Positions 28,143 through 40,715 are shown, counted from the first letter of the stretch. The stretch is DNA of 64,000 bases from Leucoraja ocellata (GCA_036785375.1 JAWMAR010000152.1:2232001-2296000), one strand, 5' to 3'. The notes: generated from the letters alone by a model not told the origin. Translations and numbers: made by a program.

Positions 28143-28534
28143 AACATCTCAAATATTTGGGGATCATTGTACCAAGGGATCTTACAGAACTATCAGAATG
28201 CAACCATTCACCTATACACCAAAAAATTAAGGACGATATAGCTAGATGGAGATATTGTCAATATTAAAGAGAACACTCGTCATTCCTGTACAAGCGATCA
28301 TAGCAACCTACAAGGCTATAAATGCTATTGAAAATCCTTCGGTAAAATTGACTCCTAAAATATGGAAAACAGTCATAATAGAGTATAATTTAAAGGAAGG
28401 TATTACAATCCTTAAATGGTGTGCATATGACACAGACTTTACTCCTAATAAATTAGATAGTAGGTTTAAAGAGTGGACAGTTAAAGGCAAAACTGCTCTT
28501 TGTAACATAATGAAAGAAGGAACACTTAAGTTTT

Positions 28535-28838
28535 TTTAATTTTATTTTTATTAGACGTACAATAAGTTACAGTAATACACACCACATATCTTATTACATT
28601 TGTTGTACCCCTTCATTTTTTGAGCTTTAAGAAAGATAGAAATAAAAGAAGTGAGGAAAGTGAGAAAGTCGTGAAAGTGTTGGAAAAAGAAAGCCCATTA
28701 GAGAGAGAGAGTTAGGGAAGAAAGTTAAGAAATAGACCCTAGAAAAGAAAGAAAGAGAAACAATCGCTCTATTATAAAAGAAACTCCGCAAAAAGGGATA
28801 TACCAACCATATTTTTCACCCCCCGTTACCAGATCCTG
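28535..28838 (-). mobile_element. Poly(A)-tailed retroposed fragment (probable L1 3' UTR) inserted antisense in the L1
   Basis: 13-bp TSD acacttaagtttt at 28522-28534 and 28839-28851. AATAAA and an A-rich tail are on the minus strand. Confidence 0.75.
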
Positions 28839-29639
28839 ACACTTAAGTTTTGAAATGCTTAAAGAAGAATTCCTGTTTAGAAAAACAAGACTTCTATCGA
28901 TACTTACAGATGCGGAACTATGTTAATAAAAATGTTAAAAATATAACGGAGTCGGGTATAAGATTATTTAGGAAAGCGTATAACTCAAATACTGGTAGTA
29001 AAATTATTTCATGTATGTATAAAGAGTTATTGAATCTTAAATCACACTCAACCTTATGTATTAAAATGAAATGGGAGAAGGAAGGGGGGATAATCATATC
29101 TGAGGGAGAATGGACAGCAATATAGAGGTGTCAATGGAAGTGTACCAGCTCATAAAACTGGAGAGAGTTTAGTTGAAAAAGCCTGATACGGTATTTTATT
29201 ACGCCTTCTCAGAAATCCCATTATGGTCGGAATTCTCCAGTTTGTTGGAGAAAATGCGGAAATTTAAAGGCAGACCATTACCATGTTCTCTGGGATTGCC
29301 CTGTTATTAAAGATTTTTGGAGAGAGTTACATGATGCCTTACCTTTTAGATGTCATGTGCCCCTGGAGAGTAAGACCACGTTTTTTGGACTCATACCTGA
29401 AGACTGGTGGAAAAAAGACAAATACTTACTGAATATATTGATGGTAGCTGGTAAAAAAGATCTCACAAAGAAATGGTTATCACAGGAGAGCCCAACTCTG
29501 AATGCATAGATGGACATCACAATGGAAATTTATAAAATGGAGTAAATAACAGCATATGTTAACTTTAAACTGGATTTATTAGCCTACATCCCAAAGACGT
29601 GGTTTGTTGGTAGGTTAATTGGCCACTAAATTGCCATGT

Positions 29640-29950
29640 GAATGGTACAATCTGTGTACAATCTTTAAGGTATGTTATTAAGGTGCAATAATAAAGGTGC
29701 AATATAGAAAAGTGCAAATAGCATACTGCAGACATCGAGTTAAAGTTATTTTGACAGTCAGTTGGTCTTTGTGTAATGTTCATGGAATTTTCTTGAGTGT
29801 GTTGAGTAGTCTGATGGCCTGAGAGGAAAAGCTGTTTTTGAATCTGGTGGTTTTGCTCCGCTTGCTGTGGTAGCGCTTGCCGGATGGTAGGAGGGTGAAC
29901 AGTTTGTGTACTGGGTGGGTGGTGTCTTTGATGATATTGGTTGCTCTCTT
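29640..29950 (-). mobile_element. Rex1/Babar LINE 3' fragment
   Basis: Minus strand reads NIIKDTTHPVHKLFTLLPSGKRYHSKRSKTTRFKNSFSSQAIRLLN. Confidence 0.8.
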
Positions 29951-30139
29951 GTCATCTCCCCCCCCCCCCCCATATCTTCCCCCCCCCCCCCATCTCCATG
30001 CCAAATTGCTGATGGTAAGAAGACTCCTGTTCATCTAGACTACGGCGATTGTGAGAACGGTGATCTCTGACTACAGGCCGATCTTGAATTGCATGTTATC
30101 TAAATGGTGAGACATGCAAGGGTGTCCTGCTGTGTGATT

Positions 30140-30965
30140 TCTAATGTACAGTTACAGCAAGTAATTAGGAAAGCTAATAAAATATTAGCATTTATGGGGA
30201 GGAATTGACTACAATAGTATGGAGATTATAGTTAAATTATGTCAGCATGGATGAGACCATGAACAGTGGTTGAGAAAATTTGGCACACTGGCCTTCATCA
30301 GTCAGAGTATTGAGTATAGAAGTTGGAAGGTTATGTTACAGTTTTTCGTAGTTTAGAGGTACAGCACGGAAACAGGCCCTTCGGCCCACTGAGTCCGCAC
30401 CGACCAGTGATCCCCGCACACTAGCACTATCCTACACACACTAGGGACAAGTTGCACTTATACCAAGCCAATTTACGTACAAACCTGTACATCTTTGGAG
30501 TGTGGGAGAAAACCCATGCAGGTCACGGGGAGAATGTACAAACTCCGTACAGACAGCACCCGTATACAGGATCGAACCCAGGTTTCTGGCGCTGCAGCAA
30601 CTCTTCTGCTGCATCACCGTGCCTCCTACAGTTTTACAAGGCCACAGTTGGAGTATTGTATTCAGTTTTGGTCATCCTGTTATTGGAAAGATGTTGAGCT
30701 GGAAAAGATGCAGAAAAGATTTATGAGGATGTTGCCAGGTCCCGAGGGTCTGAGCTTTTGAGATGTTGAGCAGGCAAGGAGGATGAGGGGTAGTCTTATA
30801 GAGGTGTACAAGAGCATTAGAGGAATAGGTAGGGTAAATGCAGTCTTTTACCCTGAATATGAGAACTTGTTTACACAAATGGTGGTCGATGTATGGAAAT
30901 AGCTGTCTGATGCGGTAGTTGAGATGGGTACTATCACAACATTTAAGAAACATTTCGACAAGATG
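30140..30965 (+). mobile_element. Older CR1 fragment(s) interrupted by a SINE
   Basis: RPQLEYCIQFWS...LEKMQKRFMRMLPG and a CR1-type 3' region. Confidence 0.7.
30346..30626 (-). mobile_element. HE1/V-SINE-type SINE inside CR1
   Basis: Reverse-complement SINE with TSD tacagtttt at 30337-30345 and 30627-30635. Confidence 0.85.
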
Positions 30966-31254
30966 GTAGATGGCATTCCTGCTTGCCACTTGGGTGCCCA
31001 TTTACTCATTCTGTTTGTTGGTATTCAATGTATGTATACTATGATTACAGACTCCTGATTTGGTTGCAACCTTATTTTTGTCCGCACATGGGACAAAGGG
31101 CTAGCACAGTGGCACTGCTGTAGAACTGCCTCAGAGACCCAGGTTCGATCTTGACTCGGAGTGCTGTCCGTGTGGAGTTGACTGCATGGGTTTCCTCCAG
31201 GTGCTCGGGTTTCCTCCCATGTCACAAAGACATGCGGGTTTGTAAGTTCATTGG

Positions 31255-31842
31255 TTCTACTGCAGTTGTACAGGGTCTTGGTGAGACCACACCTGGAGTA
31301 TTGCGTACAGTTTTGGTCTCCAAATCTGAGGAAGGACATTCTTGCCATAGAGGGAGTGCAGAGAAGGTTCACCAGACTGATTCCTGGGATGTCAGGACTG
31401 TCTTGTGAAGAAAGACTGGATAGACTTGGTTTATACTCTAGAATTTAGGAGATTGAGAGGGGATCTTATAGAAACTTACAAAATTCTTAAGGGGTTGGAC
31501 AGGCTAGATGCAGGAAGATTACTCCCGATGTTGGGGAAGTCCAGGACAAGGGGTCACAGCTTAAGGATAAGGGGGAAATCCTTTAAAACCGAGATGAGAA
31601 GAACATTTTTCACACAGAGAGTGGTGAGTCTCTGGAACTCTCTGCCACAGAGGGTAGTTGAGGCCAGTTAATTGGCTATATTTAAGAGGGAGTTTAATGT
31701 GGCCCTTGTGGCTAAGGGGATCAGAGGGTATGGAGAGAAGGCAGGTACGGGATACTGAGTTGGATGATCAGCCATGATCATATTGAATGGCGGTGCAGGC
31801 TCGAAGGGCCGAATGGCCTACTCCTGCACCTAGTTTCTATGT
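31255..31842 (+). mobile_element. Young CR1 LINE 3' fragment
   Basis: LQLYRVLVRPHLEYCVQFWSP...RVVSLWNSLP. TSD ttcattgg at 31247-31254 and 31843-31850. Confidence 0.92.
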
Positions 31843-31916
31843 TTCATTGGCCTCTGTAAATTGTTGCTGGTGTGTAGGGAGTGGATGTAGGATAACAAAA
31901 CTAGTGTAAATGAATG

Positions 31917-33278
31917 TTACACAAAAGTGCTGGAGAAACTCAGCGGGTGCAGCAGCATCTATGGAGCGAAGGAAATAGGCAACGTTTCGGGCCGAAACCC
32001 TTCTTCAGACTGATCGGGGGCGGGGGTGGGCGGGGACAAGAAATAAAAAGGAGGAGGAGCCCGAAGGCTGGGGGATGGGAGGAGACAGCAGGGGGACTGA
32101 GGAAGGGGAGGAGACAGCAAGGACTAACAAAATTGGGAGAATTCGATGTTCATGCCCCCAGGATGCAGACTCCCCAAACGGAATATGAGGTGCTGTTCCT
32201 CCAATTTCCGGTGCTGCTCGCTGTGGCCATGGAGGAGACCCAGGACAGAGAGGACGGAGTGGGAGGGGGAGTTGAAGTGCTGAGCCACCGGGAGGTCCGC
32301 TTGGTTATTGCGGACCGAGCGGAGGTGTTCGGCGAAATGATCGGTCTCACCGATATAGATCTGCTGACATCTAGAGCAGCGGACGCAATAGATGAGGTTG
32401 GAAGAGATGCAGGTAAACCTCTGTCGCACCTGGAACGATTGCTTGGGTCCTTGAACGGAGTCGAGGGGGGAGGTAAAGGGGCAAGTGTTGCATCTCTTGC
32501 GGTTGCAAGGGAAAGTGCCCGGGGAGGGGGTGGTACGAGAGGGAAGGGAAGAATTGACAAGGGAGTTATGGAGGGAGCGGTCTTTGCGGAAGGCAGATAT
32601 GGGGGGAGATGGGAAGATGTGGCGAGTGGTGGGGTCACGTTGGAGGTGGCGAAACTGACAGAGGATTACTTTTTGTATGTGACGGCTGGTGGGGTGAAAG
32701 GTGAGGACTAGGGGGACTCGGCCCTTGTTGCGAGTGGGGGGATGGGGAGAGAGAGCAGTGTTGCGGGGTATGGAAGAGACCCTGGTGCGAGCCTCATTTA
32801 TGGTGGAGGAGGGGAACCCCCGTCCCCTGAATAATGAGGACATTTCAGATGTGGAACGCCTCATCCGTGGAGCAGATGCGGCGTAGACGGAGGAATTGGG
32901 AGTAGGGGATGGAGTCCTTACAGGAAGCAGGGTGGGAAGAAGTGTAGTCCAGATAGCCATGGGAGTCAGTGGGTTTATAGTGGATGTCAGTCAGAAGTCT
33001 ATCACCTGCAATGGAGATAGTGAGGTCAAGGAATGGTAGGGAAGTGTCAGAAATGGTCCAGCTGTATTTGAGTGCCGGATGGAAGTTAGTGGTGAAGTGG
33101 ATGAAGTCAGTCAGTTGTGTGCGGGTGCAGGAGGTGGCACCAAAGCAGTCGTCGATGTAGCGGAGGTAGAGGTCAGGGGATGGGGCCCTGGTATGTATTG
33201 AACAAGGATTGCTCGACGTAACCTACAAATAGGCAGGCATAGCTGGGGCCCATGCGTGTGCCCATAGCTACGCCTTGT
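31917..33278 (-). mobile_element. 5'-truncated Penelope-like retroelement (partial RT, GIY-YIG endonuclease, hammerhead-bearing terminus)
   Basis: Minus strand reads QGVAMGTRMGPS, RYIDD, YKPTDSHGYLDYTSSHP, CNRKRCNTC and SSNLIYCVRCSRCQQIYIGET. 15-bp TSD tagtgtaaatgaatg at 31902-31916 and 33290-33304. Confidence 0.92.
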
Positions 33279-34610
33279 AAATGTGTAAATAGTGTAAATG
33301 AATGATCGATGGTCTGTGATCTTTCAGTCAATTATGCTTTTAGGTAACTTTTCGTTTGGAAGCCTTCGGCTAATTTATTCTACTAAACAATTGGTCTAAA
33401 TTTTGCTTTCATTCATTCATTCTGATCCTTGTGGGATAGATGGCGTACAACTATTTCCTAGATTTCCTAACAACATTCAGCTTAACCGATCGATTGTGTC
33501 CCTATCTTCAATCACAGGCTGATTCCCCTGATCAGAACCGTTTTAGTTTCTCCCTGCACTGTTAATCCAGAACTAGCCACAAGATGGTGCTTAAGAGCAA
33601 CAAATATCCCTCCCGTCAATAACACAGACAGATTGGAAAGACACTATCGCATCTGCTTCCACCACCACCCTGGACCACACAGTCCAGGTACCTGCTGCTT
33701 TATGTAAGATAACAAAAACTTGTCCAGTACATCTCCTTTAAACATTCCCTAACAGTCCTCTCCTGCAGCTTCCCTATTACTGATATGAGGCACGTCAACC
33801 TATAACTTCCTGGATTATCCCTGTTTTCCTTCATAAACGAACAACATTGGCTAATAATAATAATATATTTTATTGTCATTGCACATCAGTGCAATGAGAT
33901 TTAGTAAATCAAGGCTCCAGCAATCTCTCTTGCCTCTCGGGCCCTGGAATCATTAACTAACGTCCTTCAAGAGACCCAACGCCACTTCCTGCTTGATCTC
34001 AATGTGCCCTACACCCCATGCTGATCTCATCCTTGGTCAATACCGATACAAAGTACTCATCCTTGCTAACTCCTGTCTAATAATGTTATAATCGTCTTTA
34101 CCCCAAGGTCCAGACTTACCTTTATTCATCACTATCTCAACATTTATCACTGTTTCCACAATGCTCTCCACTGAAACACCAGTCATCCGGTCAGCATTAT
34201 TCTGTGACACAATGTCTGGAATGAGCCCCCCCCCCTCCTCAAATTGAACTATTCACATGCTGTTTCAAGAAAGCCTCTTGGATATATCTGCCAAATATTG
34301 CCCTATCTAATCCACTTGCACTGAGCAAGTCAATGATCCAGTCAATGTTGGGGAAACTAAAGTCACCCATTATGACCAAAGATCCTATAGGATCTTTGAT
34401 TATGACAACCCTGTTGCTTTTATGTCTTTCTGTAATCTGTCTACACATCTGTTCCTCTGTCCCAGTGTCTATAATCCTATCAGAGTGATTGCACCTTAAG
34501 TATTTAGAATTCTACCCATATCACCTCAATGAATGAACCCTCCAGTATGTGACAATCTCCCTGATTAGCAATGCAACTCCTCCACCTCACTTACATCTCA
34601 CACACTTACA

Positions 34611-35342
34611 TCCCCATTATAGCCCCATTTATATCAACAGGTCGATGGTTGAAAGGGTCAAGAGCTTCAAATTCCTGGGCGTGCACATCTCTGAAGATCT
34701 TTCCTGGTCCGAGAACACTAATGCAATTATCAAGAAAGCTCATCAGCGCCTCTACTTCCTGAGAAGATTACGGAGAGTCGGTTTGTCAAGGAAGACTCTC
34801 TCTAACTTCTACAGGTGCACAGTAGAGAGCATGCTGACTGGTTGCATCGTGGCTTGGTTCGGCAATTTCAGCGCCCTGGAGAGGAAAAGACGACAAAAAG
34901 TAGTAAACACTGCCCAGTCCATCATCGGCTCTGACCTTCCCTTCCATCGAGGGGATTTATCGCAGTCGCTGCCTCAAAAAGGCTGGCAGCATCATCAAAG
35001 ACCCACACCATCCTGGCCACACACTCATCTCCCTGCTACCTTCAGGTAGAAGGTACAGGAGCCTGAAGACTGCAACAACCAGGTTCAGGAATAGCTACTT
35101 CCCCACAGCCATCAGGCTATTAAACCTGGCTCGGACAAAACTTTGATTATTAATAACCACTTTCTGTTATTTGCACTTTACCAGTTTATTTATTCATGTG
35201 TGTATATATTTATATCATGGTATATGGACACATTTATCTGTTTTGTAGTCAATGCCTACTATGTTCTGTGTGCTTAAGCAAAGCAAGAATTTCATTGTCC
35301 TATACAGGGACACGTGACAATACACTCACTTGAACTTGAACT
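34611..35342 (+). mobile_element. Rex1/Babar LINE 3' fragment
   Basis: VERVKSFKFLGVHISEDLSWSENT...KKAHQRLYFLRRL...FYRCTVESMLTGCIVAWFGN with a (CTTGAA)n tail. Confidence 0.88.
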
Positions 35343-35389
35343 TCTGAAACATCCAAACCCTGGAGCTGCCAGTCATGCCATTACTCGCT

Positions 35390-35635
35390 AGCAAGTATCT
35401 GTAATGGCTGCAACAGCTGCGGGAGCTTCGATCGCCCCGAATGCGGATGGTTCGACTGCCCCGACCGCGGGAGAAAAGGAGGGAAGAAGATAAGACGTTA
35501 TTGCCTTCCATCACAGTGCGCTGTGGCGGATGTTTATGTTAATTTTTATGTTGCGTGTCTTGTTGCTTTTTTGGTATGACTGGCAAATCAAATTATTTGC
35601 ATGTTTTACATACTTAGCTAATAAATGAATTACAA
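35390..35635 (+). mobile_element. GC-rich non-autonomous repeat related to 17625-18050
   Basis: Shares its 3' segment with 17625-18050 and contains internal gccccga repeats. Confidence 0.45.
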
Positions 35636-35883
35636 TTGTAGTCCCATGCATTCCTTGTAGTTCACCCATAACACCCCTTGCATTGAAATAAACACACTTC
35701 AGCCCTTGGTTTTGTGATCCATATCTGAAAGCTAGTGTATAAGGGAGATCGTGGGCAGAAATCCACAGCCTGTTAACGTGCTTTCTCTTCATTGGGTGAA
35801 AAGATAGTAGGCTAATCTCTTTGTAGAACTGTTTAAACTATGCAACATATGGAAGATTCATCTTTGGTCCTTGGCTGACCGAC

Positions 35884-36166
35884 ATGAGAATGAAGGGACT
35901 GAAGTTTAGGGGTAACATGAGGGGGAACTTCTTTACTCAGAGAGTGGTAGCTGTGTGGAATGAGCTTCCAGTGAAGGTGGTGGAGGCAGGTTCGTTTTTA
36001 TCATTTAAAAATAAATTGGATAGTTATATGGATGGGAAGAGAATGGAGGGTTATGGTCTGAGCGCAGGTATATGGGACTAGGGGAGATTATGTGTTCGGC
36101 ACGGACTAGAAGGGTCGAGATGGCCTGTTTCCGTGCTGTAATTGTTATATGGTTATATGGTTATAT
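35884..36166 (+). mobile_element. CR1 LINE 3' end
   Basis: FFTQRVVAVWNELP...FKNKLDSYM with a (GGTTATAT)n tail. Confidence 0.85.
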
Positions 36167-37252
36167 TAGCTGAAGTATGATGGAGAATACACAGCTTTCA
36201 CCCCCTCCTGTCTTCATACACCTCAGTATGGAGGGTATAAAATTAATTGGTGTTCGCGACCCTCTGTCTACTGCCCCCTCCTGGTACGTGCGTGTGTATG
36301 CATGAGGACAGGTTCAATTGAACGCGAGACAGTACCAAAGATCACAAGATTAAGTAAAACAAGACACAATGTGCTGGATCAGACAGGGTCAGGCAGCATC
36401 TCTGGAGAACATGGATAGGTGACGTTTCGGATCGAGACTTGTTCAAACTGATTGTAGAGATGGGGGGGGGGGGGGGGGTGAGGAAGAGAAAGATGGAAGA
36501 GAGGGGGTGGGTGGACAAAGCATAACAAGTTCCTCGTCTTTATAAGATTAAGTAATCCAGTTTGAAACAACACCTTTTGGACAAAATGGGAACAACGAAA
36601 GATTAGCGGGAAGATTTTAAATGACGGTGTTAACAGCGTTTTATAAATAGCCCATTACTCGCCCATAAATGATTTACTTCTATTTTAGATTTTGGGAAAA
36701 ACGAAATATTTTCAAAGCATATTATTGATTGGTACGTATTTCATACAATCTGCAATACCAACGTGTGTATTAGCGTCTTGCGCTCACGATTGCTGTAACT
36801 CCGCCCCGACACGAGATGGACTATGAGGTGGCTAATAAACTGTACGGCTCAACTTTGACAAAGTGGGATTTCACTAACACACGCGTTGTTTTATAATGTC
36901 ACCAAACTCATACTTTAAACACAATCTGGTTGATGTTCGGTTCCTTAAATGTGTTCAAATAAAAACGATGCGTGCATCTTGGGCATCAGTGTGGCTTCTC
37001 ACCTTCCTGGTGATGTGATTTGGCTTCAGAAGGTGGAGCCAACCCCATGTGTCATATCAGCGAGAAACTGCCGAGAGCGGAGCGCAGAGCAACAAGTCGA
37101 CTAGCAATCAGAAAGTTTGACTGAAAACATTCTCAACATTTCCAAACGATTTAACAATCTCGTGGGTTTTATTTAATTTTAAAAAGTACAAGTCATGGAG
37201 CTAATTTCATAGAAGTGACTCAAGGATACGAAGCCAATCTGGAAGGGAGAAG

Positions 37253-37319
37253 ATGGACATTGTGCAGGTGTTGGGCATATACTTGCTCTGGGTTCTGCGT
37301 GGCGTTGCCTCTCAGTCAG
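37253..37319 (+). CDS. ERBB3: Receptor tyrosine kinase erbB-3, exon 1 (signal peptide)
   Basis: aagATGg MDIVQVLGIYLLWVLRGVASQS plus 1 nt, then donor gtgagg. This is a hydrophobic signal peptide with a QVLG motif as in ERBB3 and a phase-1 intron as in ERBB genes, directly downstream of RPS26. Identity rests partly on synteny. Confidence 0.8.
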
Positions 37320-38115
37320 GTGAGGTGGCTTGATCTTTCTTGGTCTGTCTTTTAAGTTACAAAAGTTGTCTACAATTTGTGTAAAACTTTATCTCAAACT
37401 AATGTAGTACTTATTGTGGGAATCAATACAATTTCTTCTCATGGAGGCCCTCCGGTGACAACCTCCCCCCCATTTCAAGACGGAAACGGAGAGCTATAAA
37501 AGCTTGTTTGTTTTTAGTTTCTTTGCGCAAGACGGGCGATAAAGTGAGGTTGCTAAATGGGAGTGGTTCAGGTTGCGAGAAGGTTGACTCGTTTGGCACT
37601 GAACACGTTAAACCGAATGTAAAAAACAGGTCAGCGAGTTCGAGCGGAAAGTGCATGCGTGAGCAAGCACTGAGCCCAGGACAGCGTCCGCAAGTCCCCG
37701 CGAACTTTCTTTTTGCCGCCTTTCTTTCCTTCGTTGGTTTGTTTGGAGAGCAAACTTGGGGCGTGATATCAATATCGGAAATCACAGCCAGACTCTGCAA
37801 AGCTACAAGACTTTCAGCTAATGTTTAGTCTTGTTTGACCCACTGACAGAACTGCAGTAAGCTTTGACTGAGGGGGACGTCAAACGTGATGGGTCCCAGT
37901 AAAGCCAGCCCCCACGTTATTTTAAGGTTTAACTTCTCTAACACGTCCCTAAAAGTTTGAAACGGGGCAACTTTGCCACACGAGCAGACACCAAAAGCTG
38001 GGGGTTGAAATGGGAGTCATAAAGGAGCGAGGAGATGTTTAGGGAGAATTTCTGAGCATCTTAATTCAGTGATGGACTTGTTGTTACGAGGATGGTGAAG
38101 AGGAGATTTATTCTG

Positions 38116-38272
38116 TTTAAGAAGGAACTGCAGATGCTGGAAAATCGAAGGTAGACAAAAGTGCTGGAGAAACTCAGCGGGTGCAGCAGCATCTATGGAG
38201 TGAAGGAAATATTTCCATCGCTCCATAGATGCTGCTGCACCCGCTGAGTTTCTCCAGCACTTTTGTCTACCC
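38116..38272. mobile_element. Palindromic Penelope-terminus element
   Basis: 61-bp arms at 38150-38210 and 38211-38271 (2 mismatches, no spacer). TSD agatt(t/c)attctg at 38104-38115 and 38273-38284. Confidence 0.8.
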
Positions 38273-39377
38273 AGATTCATTCTGACTGAAATTTCCTCTG
38301 TGACGGTTTGCCCGAAATCCCTCGGCAGTTTCGCATGCCACGATTCCCCTGGTCGGGTGTATTTTTTAAGAGTCACGTTCGCATGCCACCAGTAATGTTC
38401 TACTTTATGCCAGTGACTCGGTCCCTGACCTTTACCAGACTGTGGTCTCACTGGGGAAAGGGGAGTCGGGTTTGTTCAATCCGCCGCAGAAGGCGGAGAC
38501 TCGCTGAATGAATAGAGAGAGGGCTGAGGAGCTTCCAAAAACCACACTCTGTTACCGAGCTCCAGAGTTTAATTTACAAGTTGTCAAAGCAGCTGTAGGT
38601 TGTTTGGACATTCTCTTCATTGTATGAGAGAGAGAGAGAGACTGGTGTTTGCAAATCGCCTCCTCTGTGTTTGGCACTCACGAGTCATTAACCTTGCGTG
38701 ATCAGACGCTATATAAATGCAAATCTTGCAGCCTATTGGAATACTCATGTTTAAAGATCAATTATTCATTTCTTGTGTCTTTTAACTCTGTCGTCCCCTT
38801 TGCCCCCCGCCCAAGAATGTCAACCATTCCCATTATTTTTAATCTGCATTGATCGCTGGAGGCATTACTGATTTACATGTTGCTGCCAAAAAGGCGGACA
38901 GTCCCTTGTACAATGGATCAGTAGATTCTGATTTGCTTGTTACAGATTGCAGAGATTTGTGGTTTTAACCATTTCTCAGCGGCCCTGCTCCTTTCTGCTG
39001 CATGTATCAACAGCCGCTGCCCCAGTTACACTGCTAGGTCTGTCTCTGGAAATAAAGTCAAAGTTTCCACTTGGAATTTTCCTGCCTGGTAATATATTTT
39101 TCTTTCAGGATCCGTGACTTCTTTTCGGCATTGCAAACTAAATCCCTTCCCCGTGTCCCTTCCATCATCGTTGCCAGGAATAAGTGCATAGGAGTCACGG
39201 ATATTGAAACATTCGTTTGCCCGCTTACTTCATCTGCTATCTCTGGGCTCGAGTGCTCCCGTTCCGCAGACATTGTCCCACTCAGTCTTGATACTTCCAT
39301 TATAAAATGTGTATGTGTTTCAATGCTCGTGTGGCCCCTCGTGTCCTGTATTTGTAACCAGCACTACATTTGTTTAA

Positions 39378-39489
39378 GGTAGACAAAAATTGCTGGAGAA
39401 ACTCAGCGGGTGAGGCAGCATCTATGGAGCGAAGGAAATAGGCAACGTTTCAGGTTGAAACCTTTTCTTCAGAAGTAGTTCCTCCTTCG
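39378..39489 (-). mobile_element. Short Penelope-terminus element with hammerhead core
   Basis: TSD acatttgtttaa at 39366-39377 and 39490-39501. Minus strand reads CTGAAGAaaaggtttcaacctGAAACGTT. Confidence 0.78.
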
Positions 39490-39648
39490 ACATTTGTTTA
39501 ACTTTGGTCTCCCAATGACGGCTCTGCCTCCAGTTGTCTCGCCTTTACTTTCCAGACTTCTCTCCGTCAAAACCTCTGTTCCCCTCCAACTCTTTTCCTC
39601 TTTAGGGTCTGCATGGAACCAACCACCCAATTACTCCTGGACAGTTAT

Positions 39649-39937
39649 GCCCCTGTCCCACTTAGGAAACCTGAACGGAAACCTCTGGAGACCTTGCGCC
39701 CCACCCAAGGTTTCCGTGAGGTTCCCGGAGGTTTTTGTCACTCTCCCTAATGGTCGAAAGTGGTCTCCGAGTAGTCGAGCTTCTTCTATGTTCCGCGATT
39801 ATTTCAAAAAATTCAAAACCGGCCTCGACTAAAAATAGGTTGCCGTTTAAAAAATGGGTAATTTTTTAGTCGAAGCCGGTTGCGATACTAGTTGAAGGTG
39901 GTTGCCAGAGGTTGCAGGTAGTGGAAGGTAAGACCTC
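39649..39937. mobile_element. Possible MITE/DNA-transposon fragment with internal inverted repeat
   Basis: Begins gcccctgtcccactta and is CpG-rich. 19-bp inverted repeat at 39817-39835 and 39863-39881 (1 mismatch). The second terminus is not visible. Confidence 0.4.
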
Positions 39938-40508
39938 CCTGGTGGAATAAAACTGGGTGAAAAAAAAGTCTTCTGTGAAGTGTGCTAGGACATGTCCCAC
40001 CACAAAGGTGCTTTGTGGATGGAACTCGTTCCCACTTTAGTCAGTAACAACTGGTCACAATTGTGAGATTTATGGACTAGTTATCTCCCTTCAAACCTGC
40101 TCGACCATGTATGTTACATCCTACTCCTCCTGCATCTTACATATTCACCTGGTAGACATAAAGTGCCTGAGAAACTCAGTGGGTGCGGCAGCATCTATGG
40201 AGCGAAGGGAATAGGCAACGTTTCGGGCCGAAACCCTTCCGCTACTATCCAACAAAACAACGGAGCAATATCACTGAGCATCTCTTTAACATCACATGGC
40301 ACTCGGTGTAAGCAAGCAGGAATGTGGGTAGGCTTGCTTTTTGTTCAACTGAATTCACCGTGCCAAGTGTTCTGGAGGCACCAAACAAATACTGCAATCA
40401 CCTTTTCCCCCCTCTGCCTCACTTTCTCTCCCCCTCTCTTGCTCTTTCTCCCTCTCTTTTAACTTTCAAGAGAGAGTTGGAGTTTTCAACAGAGCGTTAG
40501 ATTTAGCT

Positions 40509-40715
40509 AGACAAAAATGCTGGAGAAACTCAGCGGGTGAGGCAGCATCTATGGGGTGAAGGAAATAGGCAACGTTTCAGGTCGAAACCCGGAAGGGTTT
40601 CGTCCCGAAACGTTGCCTATTTCCTTCGCCCCATAGATGCTGCCTCACCCGCTGAGTTTCTCCAGCAATTTTGTTTACCTTCGATTTTCCAGCATCTGCA
40701 GTTCCTTCTTAAACA
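40509..40715. mobile_element. Palindromic Penelope-terminus element inserted in a CR1 3' end
   Basis: Long inverted arms. Perfect 12-bp TSD ttagatttagct at 40497-40508 and 40716-40727. Confidence 0.85.

Larger units (their letters stand above)
27545..29580 (+). mobile_element. Decayed L1/Tx1-clade LINE ORF2 (RT and C-terminal Cys/His motif) with two nested insertions
   Basis: [44 protein letters not shown]...[13 protein letters not shown] and CWRKCG...HVLWDCP, with stops and frameshifts. Confidence 0.9.
31090..33320 (+). mobile_element. HE1/V-SINE-type SINE split into three pieces by CR1 and Penelope insertions
   Basis: SINE head at 31090-31254 (ccaggttcgatc B-box), middle at 31843-31916 and continuation at 33290-33320. 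Confidence 0.75.
33600..35705 (-). mobile_element. Old CR1 ORF2 endonuclease region, interrupted by Rex1 and a GC-rich repeat
   Basis: Minus-strand LKCVYFNARG (~35700), GGGVALLIRE (~34570) and VIMGDFSFPNIDW (~34360). Confidence 0.65.

Noticed and set aside
31914-32711. 265-aa + strand ORF
   Set aside because: It is the antisense frame of the Penelope element.
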